From contig NW_026931975.1 of NCBI RefSeq assembly GCF_032062105.1, forward strand, positions 310,001 to 374,000: a stretch of 64,000 nt of DNA, in the 5' to 3' direction. The notes under the pieces are model-generated. The model saw nothing but the letters and a program-made list of their open reading frames with translations. It did not search any database and was not told where the DNA came from. Source of the stretch: Saccostrea cucullata. Its lineage: Eukaryota. This document shows positions 1-12,600 of this stretch, one piece after another. Position 1 is the stretch's first letter, and every line of letters starts with the position of its first letter. The position numbers and the translations under genes are program-made.

Positions 1-290
1 ATCAGACCAAAACTGTAGGAGGAGTAGCATTTTGAAAGAATTTCACAGAAATTTCTATTTTTAGTAACCACGGCAACACCGTTCATCGAAATCAAAAACC
101 GATACACAGAATTATGTATCTTAGTGTAGTCTATTTGTGTGCCAAGTTATATTGAAATTAGACCAAAACTGTAGGAGGAGTAGCATTTTGAAAAATTGTT
201 TACAGACAGACGGACAGACGGACAGACAGACAGACAGACGGACAGACGGACGGACGCCGGACGCATTACTAATAAACTTTCAGTAGAGGA
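1..290 (+). mobile_element. End of a HINE with 156-bp repeat (same family as 6943-8348)
   Basis: 156-bp unit followed by (GACA/GACG)n microsatellite. Terminal hairpin is degenerate. Confidence 0.85.
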
Positions 291-3089
291 ATCAAGCCCC
301 AGGCTCGCTGACAAAGAGTGCATCGACCCCCACTTTTTTCCTCTTCGTTAAAAGCAATACTGACATTTTTGACTCAAAAAATTCTTTTAATTCATCAACA
401 AACAGAACTTACACGGATGTCTCTATATATCGTTACGGAAGGTATTTGGCTTTACTAAAACAGCTATGCTAAGTAAAGGAAATATAGGGTTTGTACACTG
501 TAGCACAAATTGGTATGCTTGATATCAACAGAGATACCGCAGTTTTTTAAAGTTGGAGATTTGAAAAACGATGACAAACGTTTTATCCCCTAAAAACTTT
601 CTGGAAGCTCGTCAAGAGGCAGAACATTTAACATCGAACCCAAGATGTCTTTCGTACGAGAGATTTGATAATTGAAAACGGCTTCCAAGATAACTCTAAA
701 ATACTTGTACTTGAAATTGAGAAAGCAACAATGTGATCTTGAGAAATATTGAAAAATTAAAGTATTTAAATTGCAACATCATGTCCTCGAAGACTTCGAA
801 CAAGGAAAATGTAACATCGTTCCTCAAAAAATTCCAAACTTACCGGCTGTGTTTCAGCATCATTCGTCGAATTGGCTACTGAATCTTTGAACGGAAAGTC
901 AGCTTCATTGGTTTTGGCGAGTTTATAATTCTCCTCGAAATGTTTAACCCAAGAAGGTGTGTTATCCATAACAGAAATCTTAAATCAATGCAAGTAATCC
1001 AGATAATATTATCATTAAATCTTCCTCACTATTTTCCATTATATGGTATTTTCACAGTATATTCCTTTGCAACAACACAAATTTAGGTTTCAAACAAATC
1101 AATAAACAACTTTCCAGCTGATGGAACTTGCTTATAGACTCGCGTTGACATCTCCCCTCTTAGTTAGAGGAACCGGTATCGTCTCCTGGCCGATGGAATG
1201 GGCCAGTGACTATTAGGGTCCGTGTATCGACGGTACAGGTAAGAATTCAATGATGCGGAACCACAGCACAGACGTGTGGAATTGTGCCAATAGCCCGGTC
1301 CTCGGGCTGTCATTATAAGCTCATTGTTCTAGTACCGGAGGGGCACAATTGACTAACTCGTGTGTATCGCCAAAAAATTGTACAATAGATTTTGGCGCCA
1401 TCCCTTTTATGGATGTGTTTTTAGCCATAATGGTGCTTGTATACGAGTGGTTTTTATAGCAAAAATAAAAACAAAGAGAAAAGAAGGTATATTTTTCATG
1501 CAGATTCCTCAGTTTTTGACAATCTACATGTATTATATTTTATAAATAGAATGTTTTTCATACTAATTTCACGAAGCTAAAATTGAAAAATTCTGGGCTA
1601 ATTTGGAACCATGTGTACAAAGTACACTTATTTTCAAGATCCTTGTAAACGTGAAAATGGCAACGCGCAATATCTGCATTTAGAAAGTATTTACGATAAG
1701 CATTTATTTAGTATTTATAGTATTTACGTATGTTTTATGTGGGATTTGTCATTGTGAAATATAAAAAAAGTCTCCATTTAAGGAAGTTACTTCATTTTTA
1801 ATGGATTTTAAAAGTTTAATTAACAGTTGAAATCTCATTATCTCTAATTTGAATCTTCAAAATCTATTTCTATACGAAAATAGTACAGATTATGGCAGTT
1901 TTATCCTTAATGACCCAGTTTTTGCTTTCTACTTTATCATATTTAAAAAAAAAATTAATGGATAGAGATTTTCATGTTAATTTTTGTGTTTTTATCGCAA
2001 AAAATGGGTAAAAACAAATATAAAAGATAAAATGATTCAAGTAAATTGCCGAAAATTGTATGGTAATTGAATTTAGTTGGGGCTGGGGGTAAAAACTAAA
2101 TTTTCAAGAAATGAAATTAGAATTCGATAAAAATTAAGCCTTGACGTAAAGTATTGCAAACTATTAAGTAAAAGCAGGGGACTTAAAACAGTTTTAGCGG
2201 TATAAAGACGGGAAAACTTCGCATACTATTACATATTGAACAGAAATAGTTTGACTTATCATCAAATCAAGGCACATTATTAAATAAAATTCACTTTACT
2301 GTGCTAGGAGATTGCAGATATTTATTTGTTGACACTAGTGAATAAATGCATTTTTGGAAGGAGGTTGTCATTCCGCGACAATCAAAATTTATACCTACTT
2401 CATTGAGAATTTCAAGAAATATGCATTTAATTATTTTAAAATTTAATCATCTCAGCACTTATTTAATTTGGTTATTTTTTTCAAAAGCTTAGTCAGCTAG
2501 GAATTTTATACATTCTTTTCTCGTTTGTAATACTCAGTGTATATAATAGTTACGTTCAATGATCTCACAGTCATTATTATAAAACTCCACCCAGTTCATA
2601 GTACACGGAAATATATGAATATTATCACGATCACAAATCGCCAGATCACTGTTTGATCCTCCCCCCGGGCCCCGTCCGAGCCGCGTGCGTGGGTCACTCG
2701 CTGACCATCGTAAATCTGGGTCAAGTCTGTCACAGGTCCTCCGGTGTTAAAAATACACGAAAATCCTACATCTGCTTTAATTAAAACTTCACAACATTTA
2801 ACTTGTGATCGATTTATTATAGATCTGGACACTCTCATTTCACAATCTACAACTGACGGGTCAATTTGATAGTGTAACCGTTACATGTGGGTTGTGTGAC
2901 ATTATTCATGTTTACCCAATTTTATCCAGACGCTGGAAATATTTGATGGACTTGATAAATTAAAATCTAAGGAATGGATAAAATAAATGGAATATTACTT
3001 TACATAACACTGTTGTGTAGAACTAAATAATAGAAAATGCTGTTATACTATTACAATTTAAGGACCCCCCCCTCCTTCCACCCTTTTCT

Positions 3090-3260
3090 GTAAAATGAAA
3101 AGATGAAGATCATGAACAGTGGTTGATCTTTTAAAAAACAGAATAAATCTGTGAAAAGTTCACAAAACACAGACCCAGGAAATTCCAGAGGTGGGATCAG
3201 GTGCCTAGGAGGAGTAAGCATCCCCTGTTAACTGGTCACACCTGCCTTGAGCCCTGTGTA
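3090..3260 (-). mobile_element. Fragment of a common bivalve interspersed repeat, probably a retroelement end
   Basis: Minus strand GGGCTCAAGGCAGGTGTGACC...GGGGATGCTTACTCCTCCTAGGCACCTGATCCCACCTCTGG resembles a repeat I recall from oyster DNA. Family not assigned. Confidence 0.45.
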
Positions 3261-3608
3261 TCAATAAAGTACATGTAAATGGAACATCCCATAGTCAAAT
3301 TCAATATGAACACAAGGGCCTAACAATTTCAGACATTTGAAATGTTAATTGTAACAACACATTGTTTAATATTTTTAAATAACCAACACAAACAAATACA
3401 GAAATAGTGACTTCTATACCTTTTATTTCAAAGAAAATGGACGGAATGTTTTCAGATCACATACAACCAAATAATTTCCAATATGATATGTCATAGATTA
3501 AGATCATCCAAAATAACTGTACCAAAAGCTGTACAGGCAAAACAACATTAAAATAATGTCAATTCAGATCAATTTCTCTCTCTCTTGTGTCCCCTAATGA
3601 CAAGTCCA

Positions 3609-6600
3609 TCACATGACCAGGCGATCTTCCTCCAGCACAGCGGGGGGCTGCTCCCCATAGACACCCCCTCCCATTCCTCCCCCGAAGCTCCCGGACAGCT
3701 CGAAGCAGTGCCTTTTACACTCCAGGAGCCTCTCCACGTCCTTCCACATCTTCATCTGCCTGAGGCTGGGGCCGTGGTTCTCCCTGACCGTCTTCTGCTG
3801 TTCTCGCAGACCTTTACCTAGGTTCTCCTGCTCCTGGATCTTCCTCTGGTAAAGCTCTCTGTAAAAGATTAAGAAGAAACAGGCATTATTAGAGACCCCT
3901 GTGTACGACTGACAAAGCAGACAAATTTAGTGTCTAGTGTTAATAATTTTAAGAGAAAAAGCGATCAAATAGCACTACCTCATAAGTGTCAACTTTAATC
4001 AGTATCCAAGTTGAAAAGGGGGAGAATATTTTTTTAAACATTTTTTTCACATTAGCCAGAGAATCCAATATACTAAAACTGAATTATTTTAAACTAAGAC
4101 ACTAAAATTGATGAATATTTTCAAGTTTCAAAAGTGAATCCAATGATACAGAATGGCAGAATCAGAGCCACATCAGGTATACTAAATGTAGCAATCTTTT
4201 GAATGCCATTGTTTGTCCAATCTCATGTAGGGAAAAAAAAGCATGTCTACCAAAAACAAACATCAACACTACCTGTATGTCTTTTTGCGAGCGTAGGGAT
4301 CAGCTGATGTGTAGGCCTTCATCTCGTCAGCCACCTTCCTCTGTTGTACCTCCACCATCTGCATCATACAGTGGAGGTAGTGGTAGCGGGACTCCTCCTG
4401 GGAACACTCCTCCTGATAGGCCCGCACCTCCTGTAAAAGGAAAATCATAAACATTAATTAGGCAAAACAATCATGTCCGCACCCCCTGTAAAGGAAAAAC
4501 CATAGGAAAATCAATAACGCCCACACCTCCTGTAAAAGGAAAATCAATTAGGCTTCCACCCCCTGTGAAAAGAAAATCACAGGCAAATAAATAACGCCTA
4601 CACCTTCTGTGAAAGAAAAATCACAGGAAAATCAAATAGGCCTGCAACTCCTGTGAAAGGAAAATTTGGCACATTTATCAGGCAAATCAATTAGGCCAAA
4701 ACCTATCATGCAAATCAACTGGATCAAAATTTCCTGTTAAATGCTAATTAGGAACATTTCTGGGGCTATCAGGCAAATCAATTAAGACCTGAACTTCTTG
4801 TCAAATTCAAATAAGGCACACAATACAAAATCTTAATATGGATTACGTGACTGATGTATATAATTTATTATAGAGTAAGTAGGAATCAACAAAATTAATG
4901 TCATACTGATGATACGAATTAATTTATTATATTATGTCAAGAAGTTTATGAAACTGTGTTTGAATTGACTGGGCAACATGGGATCCTATTTCATAGCAAG
5001 AAGTGAAGGTGTCCTGAAATAAGGGTCAACGCTGAATTTAATCTACTTGTAGATCACTTTACATATTTTAACATTCATAGGTTAATAAGTAACAATTCTG
5101 AACAAATCAAAACTCTAGATTCCCAATTCCTTTAATTTTGGATAAAAATAACAAAAATATTTCACAGAATGTCAGAACAAGTGAAAATTTGAATCCTTCA
5201 GGAAATAATGTTTATCCCTTTCAAAATACACTGAAAACCATTTTCTTGTTTTCAAGTTGAGTATCTTTTATTTATTCATACCAAACTACAAATCTGCAAA
5301 TTAATTACAAGGTAGAATAGGATGAAAATCAAATGATGAAAGCAGATATTTCCATGAATATCACTCATTTTTGTGGGGATTTTTCATCGTTTTCGAAGTA
5401 CGAAGATACCAACAAATTTTTGTCCACAATGAAATGTAATTTCTCGCATACATGACTACTCAACGATTTCTTCATCCACAAAATCAAATCCTTTCGAACT
5501 AATATTTTTGATACATGTACAGACCACAACATTTTACCTGTTCTCAGTAATTATCTTAACCTGTATACAATAATTCTGTTTACCTGTTCCAGTTTAGCCA
5601 TGTTGCTCTCCAGGCCGGCAGCAGCAGTATCATAGGCCTGCTTCTTCTCCGTGTGTTGGTTTGTCAACTCCTGTAAAAAGAAGTAGTAAAATTTCATAAC
5701 TTTTTTCCTTATTTTGGCAGCCTTTTTAAAATAAGGAATTATAAATTCAAAGATTCTGCATCATAAAAACTGGAAATTGGCATGTATAAGCATATAAGAG
5801 GTGCAAATTTTTTTTCACTTCTTTTGTTTTCATAAGAAAAAATGAAGGGTACCCTTTTTGCCCATTTTGAAATTAAAAAAAACAGTGTTCATATGCCTGA
5901 CAAAAATATATTTGGAAATTGGGAAATTAATTGCTGATTTTCATAAATAATTTAAAGTGTTTTATTTCATTCATTCAGCTTGACTTCAAACACATTCACA
6001 TACATGAGCAATATACCTATATCTTCCCCCACATAAATAAAGGAAAAAATCACACATTTATTACATCAAAGCAACACTTTTATTTATCATTACAGTCATA
6101 AACTGGTTATCAAACATTTATACATGAAGGCAAAACGTGAAACTGTTTTCCCTATGTTTATGTCACTGACTTACATATTCATGAGTAATTTATTCTCTTC
6201 ATGACTCACAAATATAGATATATCCAATCTGATCAACAGGGAACCCCATACTAATCTGCTTGTATGAATATTTCATGGAAAGCGGAGAGATGAGAACAGA
6301 TTAACTTTGACATGTAGATTTTTTTTTTTACTTTATGTATGTATATTTATAGACCCTGAGTTATTTCTTTATTGTGAGAATAAAACACAATGGTTTGTTT
6401 TTTCTATATTTATAGAAAGTTTTTACATTCCAGCACGAAGCACTGTCCTATAGTGCCAATCTTTTTCAATACAAAATTTACTATTGTTGACTTTTATTGA
6501 TGCAGTTTTCTTACAAGTTTAAAATAAATTTACTTACATAACTTAAAATTACAATTTACAATCTGTATTTTAACACTCAATTTGAAATCATCTATGTGTA

Positions 6601-9600
6601 TGTATTCATATTTCATAAATTTCACATTTCAGGGAAGATATCTAAAATGGAGTTATATGTCTTCATTGTCTTGATAACTTAGTTAATTTCAATTTAAAAT
6701 TTCATTGATATAGTAATGTGGTTATCATTAAATTTCAGTTTTAGTGATATGCTAATATGATTTAAATTTTATGATTTTGATGTTCTTGTTGCTATGGAGT
6801 TTGTTGGAAATAGCAGTAGATTAACACGTCATTGAAATTTTATGCTTCACTTTGGATGAATGCATCAAAAAACACTTTTTAATTTAAGTAAATTCAATGT
6901 TATTGATGTTTTTAATTTGACATGATATATTAATCACCCAATAACCAGAAGTCTCTGTCGAGACTGAAGCTCTACTGGTTTGTACTTATAGCAAAGGAAG
7001 AGAAAAGTACTTAAGCAGTTGGAAATTGAAACTTTTCAACAGCAATAAATAGAATAATGATCCTTGATTAAGTCTCTTTATGTTCTTAGTGTAGTCTACT
7101 TGTGTGCCAAGTTATATTGAAATCAGACTAAAACTGTAGGAGGAGTAGCATTTTGAAAGAATTTCACAGAAATTTCTATTTTTAGTAACCACGGCAACAC
7201 CGTTCATCGAAATCAAAAACCGATATACAGAATTGTGTATCTTAGTGTAGTCTACTTGTGTGCCAAGTTATATTGAAATCAGACTAAAACTGTAGGAGGA
7301 GTAGCATTTTGAAAGAATTTCACAGAAATTTATATTTTTTGTAACCACGGCAACACCGTTCATCGAAATCAAAAACCGATACACAGAATTATGTATCTTA
7401 GTGTAGTCTACTTTTGTGCCAAGTTATATTGAAATTAGACTAAAACTGTAGGAGGAGTAGCATTTTGAAAGAATTTCACAGAAATTTCTATTTTTAGTAA
7501 CCACGGCAACACCGTTAACGAAATCAAAAACCGATAATCAGAATTGTGTATCTTAGTGTAGTCTACTTGTGTGCCAAGTTATATTGAAATCAGACTAAAA
7601 CTGTAGGAGGAGTAGCATTTTGAAAGAATTTCACAGAAATTTCTATTTTTAGTAACCACGGCAACACCGTTCATCGAAATCAAAAACCGATACACAGAAT
7701 TATGTATCTTAGTGTAGTCTACTTGTGTGCCAAGTTATATTGAAATCAGACCAAAACTGTAGGAGGAGTAGCATTTAGAAAGAATTTCACAGAAATTTTT
7801 ATTTTTAGTAACCACGGCAACACTGTTCAACGAAATCAAAAACCGATAAACAGAATTGTGTATCTTAGTGTAGTCTACTTGTGTGCCAAGTTATATTGAA
7901 ATCAGACTAAAACTGTAGGAGGAGTAGCATTTTGAAAGAATTTCACAGAAATTTCTATTTTTAGTAACCACGGCAACACCGTTCATCGAAATCAAAAACC
8001 GATACACAGAATTGTGTATCTTAGTGTAGTCTACTTGTGTGCCAAGTTATATTGAAATCAGACTAAAACTGTAGGAGGAGTAGCATTTTGAAAGAATTTC
8101 ACAGAAATTTCTATTTTTAGTAACCACGGCAACACCGTTCATCGAAATCAAAAACCGATACACAGAATTATGTATCTTAGTGTAGTCTACTTGTGTGCAA
8201 AGTTATATTGAAATCAGACCAAAACTGTAGGAGGAGTAGCATTTTGAAAAATTGTTTACAGACAGACAGACAGACAGACAGACGGACGGACGACGGACGC
8301 ATTACTATCGCATAAGCTCTTCTGGTCTCTGACCAGTAGAGCTAAAAATGAAACATGAATGAATTGATCTTTCAAATTCAAACAAAATTAAGTATCAAGA
8401 TCTTAACACTTTGGAGGTTTAAGCTTCCAGTTTACAAGCCCTTCAGGCTTGTTAGTTGCAAATTTCCACTTGCCAGCTAATAATTCTAACGATATCATGC
8501 CCCCATCCCATAACATCAGATTTGTTAAAGACTGGAATTAAGAATTTAATTATAGACCATCCACACGACACCTACCTGATTAATTATTGACCACCCCCAT
8601 GACTCTTACCTGAGCTCTCTGTCTCATTGGTCTCAGTTCTTTGATTATCGGAGCCAGGGAATTCTTCTTGTTAGCGATCGTCCTGGTCAGTCGCTGAACC
8701 ATCTCAGAAATATCCTCCAATGTCTTTCCTTTCCTCTCGTCCAGTTCACTTTTGACGGCGGACACTTTCTCCAGTTCCTCCTGGGTCTGACGATACCCTG
8801 TCACTCCTTTCTTATTCTCCACAGCTTCCTGTAAAGACCAATATTTACTTTAAAAAACATCAAACACATGTGTGTAATACAAATATGGGGACAATTTCAG
8901 AATACAATGTACTAACAAGTGGACGCAAATATAATGCATCACAGGAAAAAAATAAAATTTGAACACTTATGGATTTATGCTGCATAATTTTTAAGATGTA
9001 CGTTCTTATAAATGAACCCTAACCTTTTCATTCTCTAGCACTATCAAAAAGACCACAATACATAAAGAATTCACATATTTTCTATTTTAAAAAAAAAATG
9101 AATTAATGTCTGATAATTCTTGACCCGTTTTTTTTTTAAAACAGAGAAAAAAAGCCATAAGAGACTCACCAGACTCCTAGTTATAAATTCATCTCTCTGA
9201 CGTAAAATCTGCTCGGTGCGAGACAGAACTCCAAACTCAGCTCTGATTTCGGCAATCTCCTGTCTCTTCTTCTTGTAGATAGTGCTCTTACTTCTCAGTT
9301 TGTTTACATATCTTTTAAACTAAATCAAATAAAAGAAATAATCATCTCATTCAAAGTTTAAACAAACATGGAAATCTTAGACTTACATCAGTTCCACATG
9401 ATCTGAGAGAGTTTACAAGTGTCCTTTAATCTCTAATGCATCTTTACCAAGTTGGAACCTTTAATACCATTTTTGGATTGAAAGGGGGACTTCGGTTAAT
9501 GATAACCTCTGCACTAATAGCAAATGACTGACAAGGAAAAAATCTAAACTGAAGCAATAATTTGAAATTTGACATAATGTATGAGGCATGTTATAAATCA

Positions 9601-12600
9601 ACGTGTTGTCTACATGTGGGTAAAACACATACGAGTCAATGTAATCTACATGTCTAAGCCACAACTCACAATACTGTATACAGGGAAATGAAATCATACA
9701 AAGTGGGTGAATTTAAAACAGGACAAATTAAGGACTCCCTTTAGGACTACCCCACCCCACATAATCCACCTATGTAATACTTACATCCTCTCCCTTTAGG
9801 ACTTCCCCACCCCACATAATCCACATGTGTAATACTTACATCCTCTCCCTTCAGGACTTCCCCACCCCACATAATCCACCTATGTAATACTTACATCCTC
9901 TCCCTTCAGGACTTCCCCACCCCACATAATCCACCTATGTAATACTTACATCCTCTCCCTTTAGGACTTCCCCACCCCACATAATCCACATGTGTGATAC
10001 TTACATCCTCTCCCTTTAGGACTACCCCACCCCACATAATCCACCTATGTAATACTTACATCCTCTCCCTTCAGGACTTCCCCACCCCACATAATCCACC
10101 TATGTAATACTTACTTTAGGATTCCCCACCCCACATAATCCACCTATGTAATACTTACATCCTCTCCCTTTAGGACTTCCCCACCCCACATAATCCACAT
10201 GTGTAATACTTACATCCTCTCCCTTCAGGACTTCCCCACCCCACATAATCCACCTATGTAATACTTACATCCTCTCCCTTCAGGATGATACCCCACATAA
10301 TCCACATGTGTGTTACATCCTCTCCCTTTAGGACTACCCCACCCCACATAATCCACCTATGTAATACTTACATCCTCTCCCTTCAGGACTTCCCCACCCC
10401 ACATAATCCACCTATGTAATACTTATATCCTCTCCCTTCAGGACTTCCCCACCCCACATAATCCACCTATGTAATACTTACATCCTCTTTCTTCCCCACC
10501 CCACATAATCCACCTATGTAATACTTATATCCTCTCCCTTCAGGACTTCCCCACCCCACATAATCCACCTATGTAATACTTACATCCTCTCCCTTCAGGA
10601 CTTCCCCACCCCCGGCTTCCTTGGCGGCCTCTCGTTTCTGCTCCAGCTCCATGGACATTTTGTGATAGGAATCACGCACCTCTCTGAAGTCCCTCAGAGC
10701 ACCCTCCTTCTTACTAGCTATAATCGCAGCCTAGGAGAAAATAAGAGGTCTTGATTACATTCACGGATTAGGCCTATTCTATCAGCATACAATGACTTTT
10801 CTTCCTATTCTAGAGGAGATGGACAAAGGATAATATACAAATGTAAATTAAAAAATATGAGATTTTGTAAATTTCTTCATCAAATCAAAAAGATTTTCTG
10901 CAATAAACTTGAAAATTGAATTTAAAAGAAAATTTAAAAAAAGTTAAAATTTTGCGCTTTTGTGCAATTTCCAAATACGAATAAATGATTGAGAAAAGCT
11001 GCTTGGTGACCAAGCTGACAAAGATCACCCTGACCTTCTCTTTATGTATATAAACCTGACAGAGACACAAGGATTTATTGCCCTGTATAGAGATCTGATT
11101 GAGAATTGACTGACCTGCTGCTTGAATAGGGCTGATTTGTTGTCAGTGGGGTCCTCAGTCCTTAGTTTCTTCTCAACAAGTTGTTTTATCTCCTCTGTCA
11201 AGTCTGCTATCTAAAATGAATTTGTTGAAAAAAATTTCAGGTTGATATAACAATTTTTTTTATAAAAATCCTAACTCAATAAAGGATCCTTAAGAATAAC
11301 AGCAGGATAATCAGTGCCATAATAAGAAGCACCCTTATACTAAATTTAAAAATCTGCTCTTCAAAAGGAGAGACACAGAATCTGAATGGGTAGTGATGAA
11401 GGGTTTTTCAAAGATTCAAGAAATTTTTCTATTGATTCTTATTAAGAAACAACCTAACACAATTTTTAAAAATTTCTTCATACGAAAGATAACCAAATTG
11501 AATGAAAATGCTCTCACATAATTTCTTCGAATGCATTTCATAGCATAGCTATGAGAGATCTTATGAAATATATAAGGAAAATGTAAAATTGAAATTCATT
11601 TGAACATGTAGTACATGTTGCACACTTCATATAGAATGTTATATGCTTGTTTTAACTAAGGACTAAGGGAAGTAACTCTTTCTTAACTTTGAGATTGCCG
11701 ACATTTTTAGAGGTACAGTCATGTACACTATGAATTAACATGTACCTGTGAGAAAATGATTTCTCATACATTATGCATTTTCTATCAATATATTGTGGAC
11801 ATTGGTAAGCTATATATGATATGGTTTATTCCAAATTTGAAGGAATTTTCTATTTATTTCTACAAAATTACATAAAACTAAATTAAGAGTATCCATGTAC
11901 CTGGTCATGCAGTTTGTCTAGATCAGACTGTCCCATGGCAGGCTCAGCTACCACTTTCTGAAGGTTAAGAAGAATTTTCTTCTGCTGTGCTATCTCTTTA
12001 GGCATTTTCTCTGTCACTATGTATTTGTTAGTGTGTGTTTCTTCTTCCAGTCTCTGCAGCATCACTATAATGAAGATAAGCATTCAATAAAAATGAGCAT
12101 TTAATGAAGATATAAGCATTTAAAGTACCACTTATAAAAGAAAAACTGTTAGTTTGTGAATGCTGAAAAAATTTGTATTAACATGAATACCAATTTATCA
12201 ACTCAGTTCAAAAAATTTTGGTTATCAGTGAAAAAATGCAACCAAAATGGGTCGGGAGTTGGTTGTACACAATGACAAAAATAAGCACTGACACTCTCTG
12301 CCTCTTCACAATTTATTTTAATTTGCAATAGTCAATATGGAATTATATGCTACTGGACCATCTTTTCTACTAGTAAGATGAAATTTACCTGCAGGGTTGG
12401 CCCCTATAGCTGCTTGTCTGGTGTCATGTAACTGTGACTGCAGTCTCCTGATTTTCTGATCTTCATGTTGAATCTTTAAAAAGAAGGCATATATACAATG
12501 ACCATATACTCTGCCTTTACATACATGTTATGTAAAGGCAATGTAATTTTTTGTCTGGCAATGTGACTAGATATCATGTATTTAACAACTTTTCACATTT

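Noticed and set aside
540-1380. 67-aa ORF and GC-richer hairpin region
   Set aside because: No recognisable domain, splice structure or termini. Possibly a decayed transposon, but unsupported.
3585-4450. Pro/Ser-rich plus-strand ORFs
   Set aside because: Antisense to IFT81 coding exons.
7085-8250. Regular repeats resembling a CRISPR array
   Set aside because: No unique spacers, eukaryotic context, and the units are whole tandem satellite monomers inside a HINE.
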